A DNA stretch of 64,000 nt from the human T2T-CHM13v2.0 reference genome, Homo sapiens. The translations under genes and the position numbers were made by a program. The notes beneath the pieces were generated by a model. It did not search any database and was not told where the DNA came from. It saw nothing but the letters and a program-made list of their open reading frames with translations. Below are positions 13,796-28,245 of this stretch, piece by piece (the stretch's first letter is position 1; every line of letters starts with the position of its first letter). Location of the stretch: assembly GCF_009914755.1 (NCBI RefSeq), contig NC_060933.1. One strand, written 5' to 3'.

Positions 13796-14402
13796 CGTAA
13801 ACCAAAAATGAAATTCTAAGACCCCCCCAACTATCTGAACGGACTTCCTCCTAGGCCAGGGCACTTTAAAATTTAACCTGAAAGACTGATTCAGGCCACG
13901 AAGGGAAGTGGGGATAGGACATACCCCATTATGCCTCTCCAGTATTAACGTCAACATGACCTTAAGTCTGATAAGAACCATTTAAAATTTATTCTCTCTG
14001 AAGCCTGCTACCTGGAGGATTTACCTATTTGATAAAACTTCGGTCTCCACAACATCTTATCTCAACCCAGACCTTCCTTTCTATTGATAACTCTTTCAAC
14101 TAATTACCAATTAGAAACACTTGAAATCTACCTATAACCTAGCCTGGAAGCCCTACCCCCACCACCCCTCCACCCCCACTTTGAGTTGTCCCACCTTTCT
14201 GGACTGAACCAATGTATTTCTTAAACGTATTTGATTAAAGTCTCATGTATCCCTAAAATGTATAAAACCAATGCACCCTGACCACCTTGGGCACATGTTC
14301 TTAGGATCTCCTGAGGGCTGGGTCACAGGCCATGGTCACTCATATTTGGCTCAGAATAAATCTCTTCAAATATTTTATAGAGTTTCACTCTTTTTGTCAA
14401 CA
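13796..14402 (+). mobile_element. MER4A-family solo LTR (ERV1)
   Basis: (t>c)gtaaaccaaaaatgaaattctaag start, aataaa at ~14355, ...gtcaaca end; 4-bp TSD ctca at 13792-13795 and 14403-14406. Confidence 0.9.
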
Positions 14403-14873
14403 CTCACAAAGGTAGAAAGTGGAAAGATTCTACAGGTCTGTTAGAGGACAAAGCTGTTGCTCTGCCCACCACATCACCCAGGGGGACCTTCCCCAAGAGG
14501 CCCCACCTCTATTCAGTGAAGCTCAATGATCATTTATTGAGCAACTGGACACTGTAGGCCCCGACAAAATAAAGATTAATCATTACATCAACTTTCAATG
14601 AGTTCATCCCATCTAAGTGGGGTAAAAAATAAAAGTACAAACCAGTTAAGAGCTACTTGGTAAAGGTTCTGAATGACTAACCAATGCTCCAACAGAGCAG
14701 GACCATAACTCAGCCTGAAGGCTTCCTAGAAGAGGTGATGGCTGAAGGTATTCATTTACATTTTAACCATGATTCATTCACATTGAACAATGCCTCATCC
14801 TCCCTGCACGCCAGCACCTTGACTTCTAAGGCATTCTCTAGCTCAGGTGTCTCTCCATTATCCTCTCAGGGAC

Positions 14874-14945
14874 CAGAACCAGCCACCTATAAGAGGAAAC
14901 CAGAGCCAACAGAACCAGCCACCTGTGAGAGGAAACCAGAGCCAA
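14874..14945. repeat. 36-bp tandem duplication (2 copies)
   Basis: cagaaccagccacct(ata/gtg)agaggaaaccagagccaa twice, 2 mismatches. Confidence 0.95.
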
Positions 14946-17792
14946 GCTTTCCCCCACCCACCAACGACAGCCCATCTGTAACAGATAATTCATTAAGCCC
15001 TCTCAGATCTGAGTGCTCATCTTCTTCCCCTCACCCTCACATTTGTCTGAGTTTATATATCATGACTGCTTAACTGAACAAGTAAAATCACCTCCTGTCT
15101 GGTCTCCCTGCCCCCAGTTTTGCCCTGCCCTCTCCTTTCTGTTCCTACCATACATATATATGACTTTGCCATTTTCTGTTAAAAATCCTTCTATGACCCC
15201 ACAAAAACTTTCTCTTGATATGATGTCTTGACACTTGTATGGCTTCACATGCTGTTTATCTGCCTGGAAAACCCTTAACTGAATCCCTTTTGCCTTGCAA
15301 ACTCCTTGCAAAATCATTTAATGTGTAGCTGTTCAAAGATGTAAAAACCATTCTTAGCTTGTAGTGTAGTTTAGTCCTTGAGAGCCAAATTTGGCCTATG
15401 AGTTGCAGTATGCTAACCCCTTGCCATAAAGGATGAGTAGAGAGGGTCCACACTGAGGGGAAAGGCCAGGGAGATAAGCCGTGGCTGATCATGGAGGGCT
15501 AAAATGGCAGGCAGAAAATCTAGGACTTGACTGTGGAATCAATGGTGAACTATCAAAGAGCTTTAAGCAGGGAAGGGACATGATCTGATTTGTGTTTTAT
15601 AAAGGTTCAGCTAGTGCAGTAGCAAAGGAAGTCTTTATTCATCTGAACTATAAAAACTCTATCCATCCAGTCACTATCTTCTGATCCCAACATGTGAGCG
15701 TCTCAGGTGGATTCCAACACCATCTCTTTTTCCAAATGAGGAATTCTTGGAAAGAGGTAACCCTCAGGACTATAAGCTCTTATATCTTTCTGCAAGAGCA
15801 AGAGGCCTTGGATTTGTGAGAACGTTCCTAGGGGACAACTTTCCTTATCCCTTCCAATGAAAATAAAAGGGCCATTTGTAACCAATGGAACAGGGCCCAT
15901 GAAGAACATTCTCTGTGCCTCTGCAGACCCATTTCTGCCTGGGTCTCCTGATGACAATTGTTATTTATCTGACCTTCTCTTCCACATCATTCCAACTCCC
16001 ACACTTAGTTCCAAAACAGGTCTTAAATCACTCAGGAGCCAAGCCAGGCTGAAAAAGGAAGTAACCATGGCCAGGCCAGTGTTTCAGCACTCTCTGCAGA
16101 CATCAAAACAAAGACAGGGTAAAGTCCGAAGAAATCACCTGCAAAAAAATCAAAGCAAGATGTTGGCATCTTCTTCAGGGATTGTCCCAAATTAAGATGG
16201 AAATGTCTGTGCATAAAACAGGCAAGGGAGTCAGAAGTCTTTCCAGGGGAGGCCTTGGTAGCTAAATCAGATGATGACAATTGCTGGATATTACAAATTT
16301 GTGCATGAGTTAAATGAGTATCTGCTTTTGGATGCCAGTGAGACCACCTTAAGAATGTCAGCTTAATACTGGCCTCTGGGGAGGCCATACCCACTTTACT
16401 GCCAATATTAACTCTCCTCTATACCCTTCCCTCCAAGCAAACAACCTTGATTCTGACTGTACTGACTTGCTGAGGTTGTGGTAATTCTACTTTGCTATTA
16501 TCATGCTGTGTCTACCTTCATGCTGTAGTGCTGGTGTGAGATCTACTCTGTTAGCTCCAGGCTAGAAGAAGGTCAAATTAGTCACTCAAATACTAAGTCT
16601 TCAATGCATCAGCACCACCTCTCCCATGCCACTATCCTTTATTCAGGTAAAGTGACATCCTCAGCATTCTATAATAATCTTCTTGGGATAATGTCACCAA
16701 GGAGGGACAAAGCTTTTGGTTTCATGAGTTCTATTTAGGATTGAGCTTTAGAAACATGGTTCAAATGGATCAGATAACTTGAAGTTGGCAGGCTTTCAAA
16801 ATTTTTAAATTATCTTAGGAAAGTCATCATGAAAAGTGCCTACAGTTGTCCCAGAATAATCTTTCCAATATTCTGATGGCCAAATATTTCAGATAAAATA
16901 TCCCAACAAGTTGCTGGGTTCCTAAGGATCTTAGAGTCCAGACCTCATGTTTATTAAAAAGAAAACTGTGAATATAGCAAATTATCCCACCAAACACCTG
17001 GGTATTTTGATGGCCTGCAGAGAACACATTTATTTTCTGCTGTAGCAAGAATCTGCCTGACCATCTTTAAAAAGAAGACCTTGGCTGACAGGGTTCATTT
17101 GGTGCTTCTCAGAATAGGATAGCTTTGGGGCAGGTAGAGGTATTATAGGATATTTGTGAAGGATTATTTCTGGATTGCTAAACTACTTAGTGACCTATTT
17201 TGAGGTTATCCAGTTAAGACTGGGGTACTATTTAAGAGGAAGAGGAAGCTCCAGGAGTAGTAATAACCCCAACATCCCCACCACCACTGCCTTTCACCTT
17301 TGGAGAATTGGTAAAGGAAGGCTGTGACCAAGTATTTAGAGTTCTGCCTTCACAAGATTCCATTAAGTCCTTATCTTATGCAAAAAGTCAGCTTTGAGGG
17401 CCTGGGATTAAATTATATTAGGGCAAAAATGAAGAGGAAAGGGACCCTACAAATCTCACTACCAAAGGCTTGTATATATGACAAACCAGGCGCCCAACTC
17501 ACAAATCAGAACCGCTGGCCTTAAGCAATCATTTGCAAGGTTGGGGTATATGTGTAGAGGGTCACTGGGTGTGCCATCTCAAAGTGGGAAAACCACCTGC
17601 TTACACATCCACTGCCTGGAGGAGCAAGGAGCCCACACCCAGGAAATACACAGGTGGGGACTAATTGCTTCATCCACTATAGCAGGCTTATTCCACTATC
17701 CAAAGTCACCCAGATTATAGGAGAGAGGGTGTTTTTACTATGTAGGTGTCCTTTCAGAATTCACCCAGATGATGTGAAAATTCTGAAAATAG

Positions 17793-18219
17793 TATTAAAA
17801 GAAAAACTTTAGAATAATCCGATGTAACAGAGTTTAATTGAATGAAGATCAGCTCACCAACTGGGCAGTCTTAAGGGCCAGAATAGGTTCAGAGCAACTC
17901 CAGGGATGCTGCTTGGTTGGGTAACATTTACAGACCAAAAAAGGAAAGTGACATACAGAACACAGAAGCAAGGTACAGAAACAGCAGGGTTAGGTACAGG
18001 TTGGCGTTTGCCTTATCTGAACACTGTTTAAACATTTGGCTGCCTGTAATGGACTGAAACTCGGCTGCAGTGATTGGCTGAGACTCGCTACCTGTTATGA
18101 GAGTACGTTACACTCTGTGTACACAGCAAGTCAGGTTACAGTTTAATATGTATGAAGAAACCTTTAAGCCAATATTAAAATATGTATGGATGCAGCTTTA
18201 GGCCAAACTTAATTTAATA
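17793..18219 (-). mobile_element. MER57-family solo LTR (ERV1)
   Basis: rc begins tattaaattaagtttggcctaaagctgc; ggcgtttgccttatctgaaca, gtgattggctg, gaaagtgacatacagaa; other end ttaaaagaaaaacttt. Confidence 0.85.
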
Positions 18220-19141
18220 GCAATTTACTGTGAGAAGGCCCCAGTCTAATGGAAGTGTGCAAGTCTAATAAAACTCCACTTGCGAAGCTTGTGCCTGGAT
18301 CCTTTGGTCTCCCTGACTGAGGCAGGTATCAAATGTCTTAAGTTCCTCTTGCAGAGTAGGTCCGGGCTTCTGCTGGGCTGACTCAACTTTGTTGGGCTAT
18401 TCTCCTGAGGCAGTTCTCATGACCAGATCTCTGACAATCAATTATTTCACTGGATCACTATGACTTCCCTGGGGCCAATCATTCCCTGCACCTTGTACAC
18501 AAGCAAGGGTCCAACTCTGCCTGGTATGACTAGGTGAGTACTTCTTGGGGGTCAGCTCTTTGGTGCCTATTGTGTAATCTGAAGCTCTGCAGAAGCACTA
18601 GGTCTTCTTCAGGTGTCTCAGGTGTAACCTGAACGAGGATCATAACCAAGAGCCCTTGTTAGACTAAGGCACTAACCCCAACCCCACAGACTGGCCAGGG
18701 CAGATGGGACCATTTGGTGAGCGGGGTCATCACTTAGCTTTGCAACATTTTCTTCCCTGGAATGAATGCCATCAACACCCTACCTGCAGTTCTAGACCTT
18801 ACAAGACAGAAATCTAGCCATTGCCTGTGGGCACCTCCCAGCTAAACCACCACACACTCATAAACTCATAAAGGGACACTGTGTTATCTCTCTGTATGGG
18901 AAAGAAGCTGAACTTTGGACCTGGTCAGGCTCACTCAAATATCCTTGAGCTTGGGGTGGAGAGAGGAGACATGCCTCTGACACCCCATTAACATGAGAAA
19001 GTAGATTCAGAGCAGGGGAGTTATGCTGTTCAACAATAGTGGCAAGCATTCATCACGTGTTTACTATGGTGCAGGCATTGTTTAAGTACTTTGCATGTAT
19101 GAAATCATTTAAGCCTTCTGATAATCAGCCAAGGTACATAA

Positions 19142-19773
<632 letters not shown>

Positions 19774-20118
19774 TGTTTTCATTCTATGTATGAGAAAAAT
19801 GAAGCACAGAGAAGTGAAGGGGTTTGATGCACATATTAAGTGGCTGAATGGGGAATCAAACCCAGGCTGCTGGCTCCTGAACCCGAGTCTAACCTTTATT
19901 CCCCTCCTAGGACTGTATTTCACATTCTATAATTTAATCCTTCCAGGTACCCTGAAAGCTTTACTAGCCCATTTTATGGACAAGAAATTGAGTTTCAGAG
20001 AGGCTAAAACATTTTTCCAAAAATCACAGTGTTAGCCAAACAGGGATTTCAGTCCCTGCCTCCAAGGCCCACATTTTGACCCCATATATGACACTCTGTA
20101 GGTTTGTTTTCCAGAAGC

Positions 20119-20422
20119 TTTTTTTTTTTTTTTTTGGTCAGCTTTTAAAATGACTTTAAAAGTTTATTCAACAGAAGTAATTTCATTACTATTTCGGGGA
20201 GGGAATCACCAACTTTTTGGTGCAAACAATGCTAGCCTTCTTTTAAGCATTAAGAGCACGACTTCTTAAGAAATGACATAAGCAATAATTCGACACCTCC
20301 GTCTCCCCTAAAATAATATATTTTATTAATGTGTGCACAGCTTTAGCAAATTAGCCTGAGATAAATGATAGAGTTCCACTATCCAGAGGCAAAAGCAGGG
20401 TCTATTAGAACTCATCATTGCA
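20119..20422 (-). pseudogene. 5'-truncated processed retrocopy of an mRNA 3' UTR end
   Basis: T17 tail 20119-20135; tttatt (AATAAA on minus) at 20163-20168, 27 nt from the tail; TSD ttttccagaag(c)tttt at 20107 and 20423-20437 followed by aaa (L1 endonuclease TTTT/AA); insert not a repeat I recognise. From memory it resembles the distal BNIP3L 3' UTR (unverified). Confidence 0.8.
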
Positions 20423-22910
20423 TTTTCCAGAAGTTTTAAAGCCTATGAGGTGGGAGAGCCATTCAGAGAGGATTAAAAAATAGATATTTGGAGAGTAATT
20501 AAATTAATATGTATTTTTCTCACATTGTCGATTTGAAGTTACATCATGTGGGGTTTGGAACACAGAAATATATTACGTGTTACTTGGTTTGCAAATGAAA
20601 TGTCCATGCCTTGTTCATTTAATGACATGAAAGCCTAGAAAAGGATGGAAACAAACTGGGACCAGTAAAAAAATAAACAAACAAAAAGACCCTTAGGGAT
20701 TTAGAAAAACAAACAAACATGTTTTTCAGTACTTTTTAAAATTGTCATGGTTTCTCTTCCTTGGTTATTGTAGAGCTCTCCTGCAGTCACACACAATTTG
20801 CAATTGACCATTTGGGAGAAAGTATTTTGGCCCAATTGTGTAGTCTCTCTGTCCCATCCACAAAGGGTGGCACAGTCCAGAGGGCTGCTGCCATTCATCA
20901 AACGGGCTCAGCTTTTAGACTCAGCTTTTAGAGCCACCCCATGGGGAAGGGCAATTGTTCCTCATGGTCCCAAGGGAGGACATCAGTTTGGCTGTGACAG
21001 TCCCCCAATCACATGCATAATTGTTCCAGGGGAAGTATTACAGGACCAACAAAAAGAAATCTGTGCTGTATTATTTTGTAGGTTCCAACTGGTTGGATAT
21101 GAAACAAAACAAAAAAGAAATTACATACTTGATGCAAAATTGGAACATTTAACATTTCTATTTCTTTTAGACATTTTAATCTGTTCCTCCATGAGGATAG
21201 CTAATGGTTGTCTAAAAGCTTTTGCCACTTTTCGACTGCATTTTAAGATGGCTATTTTCTCTAGCTGGTCCTTCCAACAAAACCATGTTCGTTTTGTTCT
21301 TAGGATTTATTTCCAAGGATACAGTTCTTAGAGTAATTTAGGAATTATCCAAAGAATTATTAAAGGATTTAAGAATCTTAATATAGCAGTATTAATTTAC
21401 TAAAGGATCCTTCAGGAAATGTTTCTGAATGTCTGATGGTGAGGAAAATCTTAGAAAAAATTACTGAAGCCATGGAGAAATATGATGCTACTGTGATAAG
21501 TATGTCTTTTTATATAAAAATGTATATATATATGTATATTACATTTATATCAGGCAAATTCCTTTGATAGTATTATGCTAATACTTTTCCCAAAACATAT
21601 TATTTTCATCATCATGAAGAGATACATGATGTGTAGGCTGATCTGCAAGGAAGGATAATATGCTTGTTGATGAATGCCTTTTCTATTTACAGTTCTATTC
21701 TTAAAGCTAATTAAATTCAACTTTGATCTCAGCTTAATAAGAAGAACTATTTGGATTTCAAAAGTAATATTTAATATCAGAAAGCCAGTCCTCTAAGTAT
21801 TTCCTTGTGTTAGCAAGTGGTGAATGAGCCAGATGGTATTAATTAAACAACCAACCTTGAGCGCAGAAGAGTACACAAAATCTCAATCAGTGACTTTAAA
21901 GATTCTTCTCCCTCCTTGGGCACATTAAGTTTTCATCTACAACATCTGAGGAACATCATCTGCTTTGCTCATATATCACCCCAATAATGAGTTGAAAATA
22001 GAATTCCTCCTCCGTAAAGCATTTCTATAATTTGTAGGAAAATGCTGTGAAAGCTATGTATGTAAGAGCAAGAGTTCAAAAGTCATGATCAAGTGCAGAA
22101 GGGGACTCCTCCCTTGCTTGCTACAATGGTGGGTCGATGAACTGGCCAACCTTTCCTTTCACTGAGACCCTGGGGGTATTTTGGAGGTAGCAACTGGGGT
22201 GGAGCTGACCTGTGGGAAAGGAAAATGGTCACCTTGTCATTGGTGCAAAGGATAGAAAAGAAGGACCCCTTGTGATTGGGCAATAGAAAAAGGAGTGAGA
22301 TAAAGAGAGATGTCTGAACTTGGGATTCCAAGCTGAATGCGTTCAATGGATGGTGCAAACCTTCTCCACGTTCCTTATACAGTCTCCAGTGAAATCCATA
22401 TTGTTCATAAATGCTGTTGTACAATTTAATTCTATAGGATAGTTCAGAAAAGAGAACAGGAAAGAACTGATGTCCTGGTTACATTCTCATGGAACCAATA
22501 TAAGTAGTGGTAAGAACCCCAAAAATCTATAGTTCTGAAAATGAGTTGAAAAGTTGCGAATGGTGTTTTGCTTTTAGAAGTGAGTGACAGAGTATTGACC
22601 CAGATTGCTTTCTGTGTAACCTAAGAGAAGGATCTACTTGAGAGTGTAAATAGTAGGAAAATAATAAGAAGACACTAAATATGCAGGCTCCGAAATGAAT
22701 GACCTATGTTAGAATTAAATAATTTACTAGAAATGTGACCACAAGCAAATCACTTTACATCTTTGGAATTCATTTTCCCAGGTGTGCAATAAAAAGCTTT
22801 GCCTAAATCAGCAATGAACAAACTCTTGGCCTGAAGAATGCATTGGCCCACCTAGTTACACATATAATCTAATTTGTGTGTGAATTTATGACAGCAAATA
22901 TTATCTTTGA

Positions 22911-23259
<349 letters not shown>

Positions 23260-24656
23260 GAAAGTGGCTTCTTTATTGCAATTTCCAGAGTATTCCCAGA
23301 AATTAACACTTCAATGACTAAAAGGCAGTGCCACATTTTTCTACGTGGTTTTCTAAGCTAAAATATAACAGGTATCAAATTATTAGAGTATGCATTTTTC
23401 CACAGGAATCAATAAAGCTATTTTTTTTCATTTTGTCTGATAGAAAATGGGTCATATATACTTTTTTGAGGGGAGAGATAGTGCAAAAGAAAAACTTTGC
23501 TGTCACTGGGTAGAATATTTCTAACTCTTTTGGAAATAACAGTTAAGGCTCCTCAGAGTGGACTTTGTAGGTGACTAGTAAATCTCAATTGGCCTACAGT
23601 AAGTAATTCTGTATTATAACTAGAAATCAGAGGCTCACAACTAAATTGCTTGGAAAAATTGTTCTTTTTAAATTCTGTTAACTGTAAAGAAATGATAAAA
23701 ACAAATGAATCAGTTGCTTCCCTGATATTTATTATTATTTAGGGTGACAGGAAGAGGGGAAATTGGGGCTGCTGACTTGCTCCTTTGTTCTACTTTTACT
23801 GTTGAAGACTCTCTTGTTCTGTGAACTTTCCTTTTGGATTCCAAGCCTCATTTGTAATTAAATCTCTAAAGAATAGAAAATCAAGAAGCAAGTTGCCACC
23901 CAAGAAAATACAACTGGTTTAACAATAAATTTCCAATTGTTTTCCCTGCTTCTGTATTTTTGTGCCTCTAATTCATATTAAACCCAGCCACCATAATACT
24001 CTACTCAAAGCCCAGCTCTGCTCACATTGCACTCCTGCTCAGAAACCTTCAGAGTCTCCTCAGCATTTGGAAAAGCAAACCTGTAATTTTTAGCCTGACC
24101 TTTGATGCCACCTGCCATTATAGAATGAAGGCTCTCATTAAACTTCCCTAGGCCTTGATTGCCCCCTTCTCTGCATTTTATTCAATCTCTTCCTCCTAAC
24201 TAGATGACCAGCCCTCTGTGCCCCCATGTTCCCAGAAGTCCATTGAGGTACCTTTCTTTTCTGGACATTTTTCTGGAGAGTTAGAATCATAGGTACTCTT
24301 GGCGTATTTTGTATCTCATAGATGAAGTTGAATCGTTCTTCCTTTTAATAGATTTAATTATTTGCATCTTATTACCCTTTCAAGACTATAAGCTTCCTAA
24401 AACATGTAACTCATTCTCATTCATCTCATGCTAAACTCACATTCTTTCCAATACTCCAAACTGCATCTTTCCTTTAGAGAAGTGGCTAAACTAGCTATAT
24501 TGGTAGTATGTCTCCTTGAAATGGAAACATTTCATTGGTTTTGTCATAGCTTCTTAACACATAGGTAGCCTTTAAATTCTGCCTCCTGTCACCCATTAAA
24601 GAAAGACTGTCAGTCATTCTTTTATGAGTCCTTGCCTGTAATGGCAAGACTCCCTC

Positions 24657-24658
<2 letters not shown>

Positions 24659-24697
<39 letters not shown>

Positions 24698-24723
24698 CAT
24701 GCGCACACACATGCACACACACA
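24659..24723. repeat. (CA)n microsatellite
   Basis: ~18 perfect AC units plus degenerate tail. Confidence 0.97.
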
Positions 24724-24855
24724 TACCCCTTAATGAGGTTGGTGTACAGTCAGAATGCTCTGTAAAGATGATTGATATCAGCCAATCCCTCTTAGCCAAT
24801 CAAATGTATTTGCAACCCAGAAACGGTTAGTGGGGATCCCCTTCTCCTTGGCACT

Positions 24856-25306
24856 TGTATTAGTTTATTGAGGCTGCTGTAACAAATTACTACAAATGGA
24901 GTGACTTAAAACAGCAGAAATTTATTCTCTCACATTTCAGGAGCCCAGAAGACTGAAATCAGAGTGTTGGCATGTCCTGTCTCTGAAGGCTGCAGCAGAG
25001 CCCTTCTTTGCCTCTTCCTTGCTTCTGGTGACTGTGGGCAACCCCCAGTGTTCCCTGGCTGTAGGTGCCTCACTCCAATCCTCCCTCTTCACATGGTGAG
25101 CTCTCTGAGTGTCTCCTTTCCCCCATGTCCCTTTTCTTCTATAAGGACACCAGGCATGTTGGATTAAGATCCACCCTAACCCAGTATGACCTCATTTTAA
25201 CTTGATTACATCTGCAAAGACCCTGTTCCAAAAAAGGTCAGATACACAGGTACTGGGAGTTGGGACTTAAACATCTTTTGCGGTAGGGCACAATTCAACC
25301 CACAAC
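24856..25306 (-). mobile_element. MLT1B/C solo LTR (MaLR)
   Basis: tgtattagtttattgaggctgctgtaacaaattac...cagtatgacctcattttaacttgattacatctgcaaagaccct...caattcaacccacaac. Confidence 0.85.
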
Positions 25307-25447
25307 TCTCCCGGTACAGCTTACTCACAGAGTCACATAACGCCACCCTTCATGCACTGCAGATGAGTACCCCAGCTTACACCTCCTCTCCACTTTCCCA
25401 CTCAGAGACAACAATAACCCCAAAACTCTTATAAAAGAAATGATAGT

Positions 25448-25750
<303 letters not shown>

Positions 25751-25774
25751 TTACAGTTCCTTTTTTCAAATTGA

Positions 25775-26295
<521 letters not shown>

Positions 26296-26369
26296 ATGGT
26301 TCTTCTAAGTATAGAATTTATCGTGGATAATTAATGATTCAGTTGCTCTAAACCAAGGTTTTAATTTCA

Positions 26370-26660
26370 TTGTATATAATATATAACCATGATATTTATA
26401 ACCATTACATATACATATATAAGAACTATTTATGTATATACAAAATATACTTTCACATGAGGTACACATGTAATATACATATGTATGTAATGTATATATA
26501 ATGTCTATACATATGTAATGTATGTGTACACATGATATACAATAATGTGTATGCATACGTATATATGTATCTGTAATGGTTTTATATATATAATGGTTGT
26601 GTGTGTATATATATAATGGAGCTCTCTCTTGCTCTCTCACTCAATTTATATATATATGTG
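26370..26660. repeat. Degenerate (TA)n/(TATG)n low-complexity tract
   Basis: Alternating purine-pyrimidine AT-rich sequence. Confidence 0.85.
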
Positions 26661-27759
26661 TTAGCAGTGAAAACAATGGTATTAGTGAAAAAGTATCCAT
26701 TGTAGATAGGTGTAATAAGCTAGTCTGGTGCAATTGAGGAAAGTTTTATGCTGCTTGTCCCAGAATGTGACCCAATTCCCTCATTTAACTGATGAAATTA
26801 TTGCCTAAGCAAAAGTGACTAGGGAATGTTTGTGATAAATCCTTGTGGGAAGGTGTTGCTGGCCCCATTTGAAAGTGCATTCAAATCAATGATATAAACA
26901 TTTGTTCATAGCCCTTACCTGTGCCAGACACTGCTGTAAGTACTCGGACACAGAAATAAATACTACAGCATTAGCTCTTAAGAGTTCAAGTCTACAGTAG
27001 ACGTAGAAATTTAATAGAGGAAATATTTCTGAAAGCACATCTTTACTTTAAAAACTACAGCTTTTCTCGCCTTACATGCCTTTTTTTTTTTAAAGGATGG
27101 TACAGCCTTCAATTGGTCAATACCTTCCTTGTCTTCACTCCTGCTGTTAGTCTCTGATCCCTGATATTCCACCTTCTAAACACTTTTCAATGGGGATTGG
27201 CTTTGCGAAGAAGGATGAGATGCTGGTGGGCATTGAGGAAATACTAGAAAATATAGGTCTAAAGTTCAGGAGGGTTCTGTGTTGGAAAGTAGAAGTGGCC
27301 AGAGGACATCTGGTAAATACTGTTCCTCAAGAGTATCACATCTGGTACTTCTGCACCACCTCGAAGCTTTTCCTGGCCAGGAGAAGTAATTGTGCCCCTT
27401 CATGAAAGTATATTGCCCAGAAGACTGTAGTACATGCTTTTCTAGAAAGCTCTTAGGCATCCTGACTCTTCTCTTTCTCCGTCTATTTTTAAATGTTGCT
27501 ACTGTATTCTGCCCTGGGTCTTCTTTTATGGTCACTTTATATTGTCTTCCTGGACCATCTCATGGAATCACATGGCTTCAACTGCCACATACAATCTGAT
27601 GACTAAAGTTTTTAACTCCCAACACAGACTTCATTCCTCAGCCTTAGAATCACATACACAATTGCCACATTTTCACTTAGATGTTGTAGTGGTATATTTC
27701 TCAAACATGTCCAAAAATTACCTATATCCCACTTCCAAATTTTATCTCATGTTCATTCA

Positions 27760-27877
27760 TTCTCTCTCTCTCTCTCCCCCAGTCCCCCTCTCCCACTTTC
27801 TCCCTGCCTCTCCTCTCCCTCTCTCTCCCTCTCTCTCTCCCTCTCTTTCTCCCTCTCTCTCTCCCTCTCTCTCTCTC

Positions 27878-27909
<32 letters not shown>

Positions 27910-27921
27910 GAGAGAGAGAGA
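27760..27921. repeat. Compound microsatellite (TC)n-(TG)n-(GA)n
   Basis: Directly visible. Confidence 0.95.
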
Positions 27922-28079
27922 TGAATTGCACTAACATCCACCCATTTTTTCCTCTCTCCATGAGTGAGGCATAGCAGAGGGTGCAACATTAATCAAGCTG
28001 TGAGATTCGTAATGCTTTTGGAATTGCATTGTCTGAAATTTTAGGATATATAAGAACATATTAAAGATTAATAGCATAA

Positions 28080-28245
28080 GACTGGGTGCAGTGGCTCACA
28101 CCTGTAGTCCCATCTACTCAGGAGGCTGAAGTGGGACGATCACTTGAGCCCATGAGTTTGAGGCTGCAATGAGCCATGATGGCACCACTGCATTCCAGCC
28201 TGGGCAACAGAATGAGTCTCCAAAGGAAAAAAATATATATATATA
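28080..28245 (+). mobile_element. Free Alu monomer (FRAM/AluJ right-arm type)
   Basis: Single arm with cacttgagccc and gagtttgaggctgca; TSD attaa(t/c)agcataa at ~28067 and ~28247. Confidence 0.85.

Noticed and set aside
14874-14945. 36-bp repeat of CRISPR-like length
   Set aside because: Two adjacent copies with no spacer, in primate DNA with no cas genes.
20798-21331. Longest ORF in the window (177 aa)
   Set aside because: Starts at TTG, has no recognisable domain and reads through A-rich sequence; consistent with chance.
22344-22431. Putative last coding exon ELNCTTAFMNNMDFTGDCIRNVEKVCTIH after a minus-strand acceptor
   Set aside because: No recognisable homologue and no upstream exons could be linked to it.
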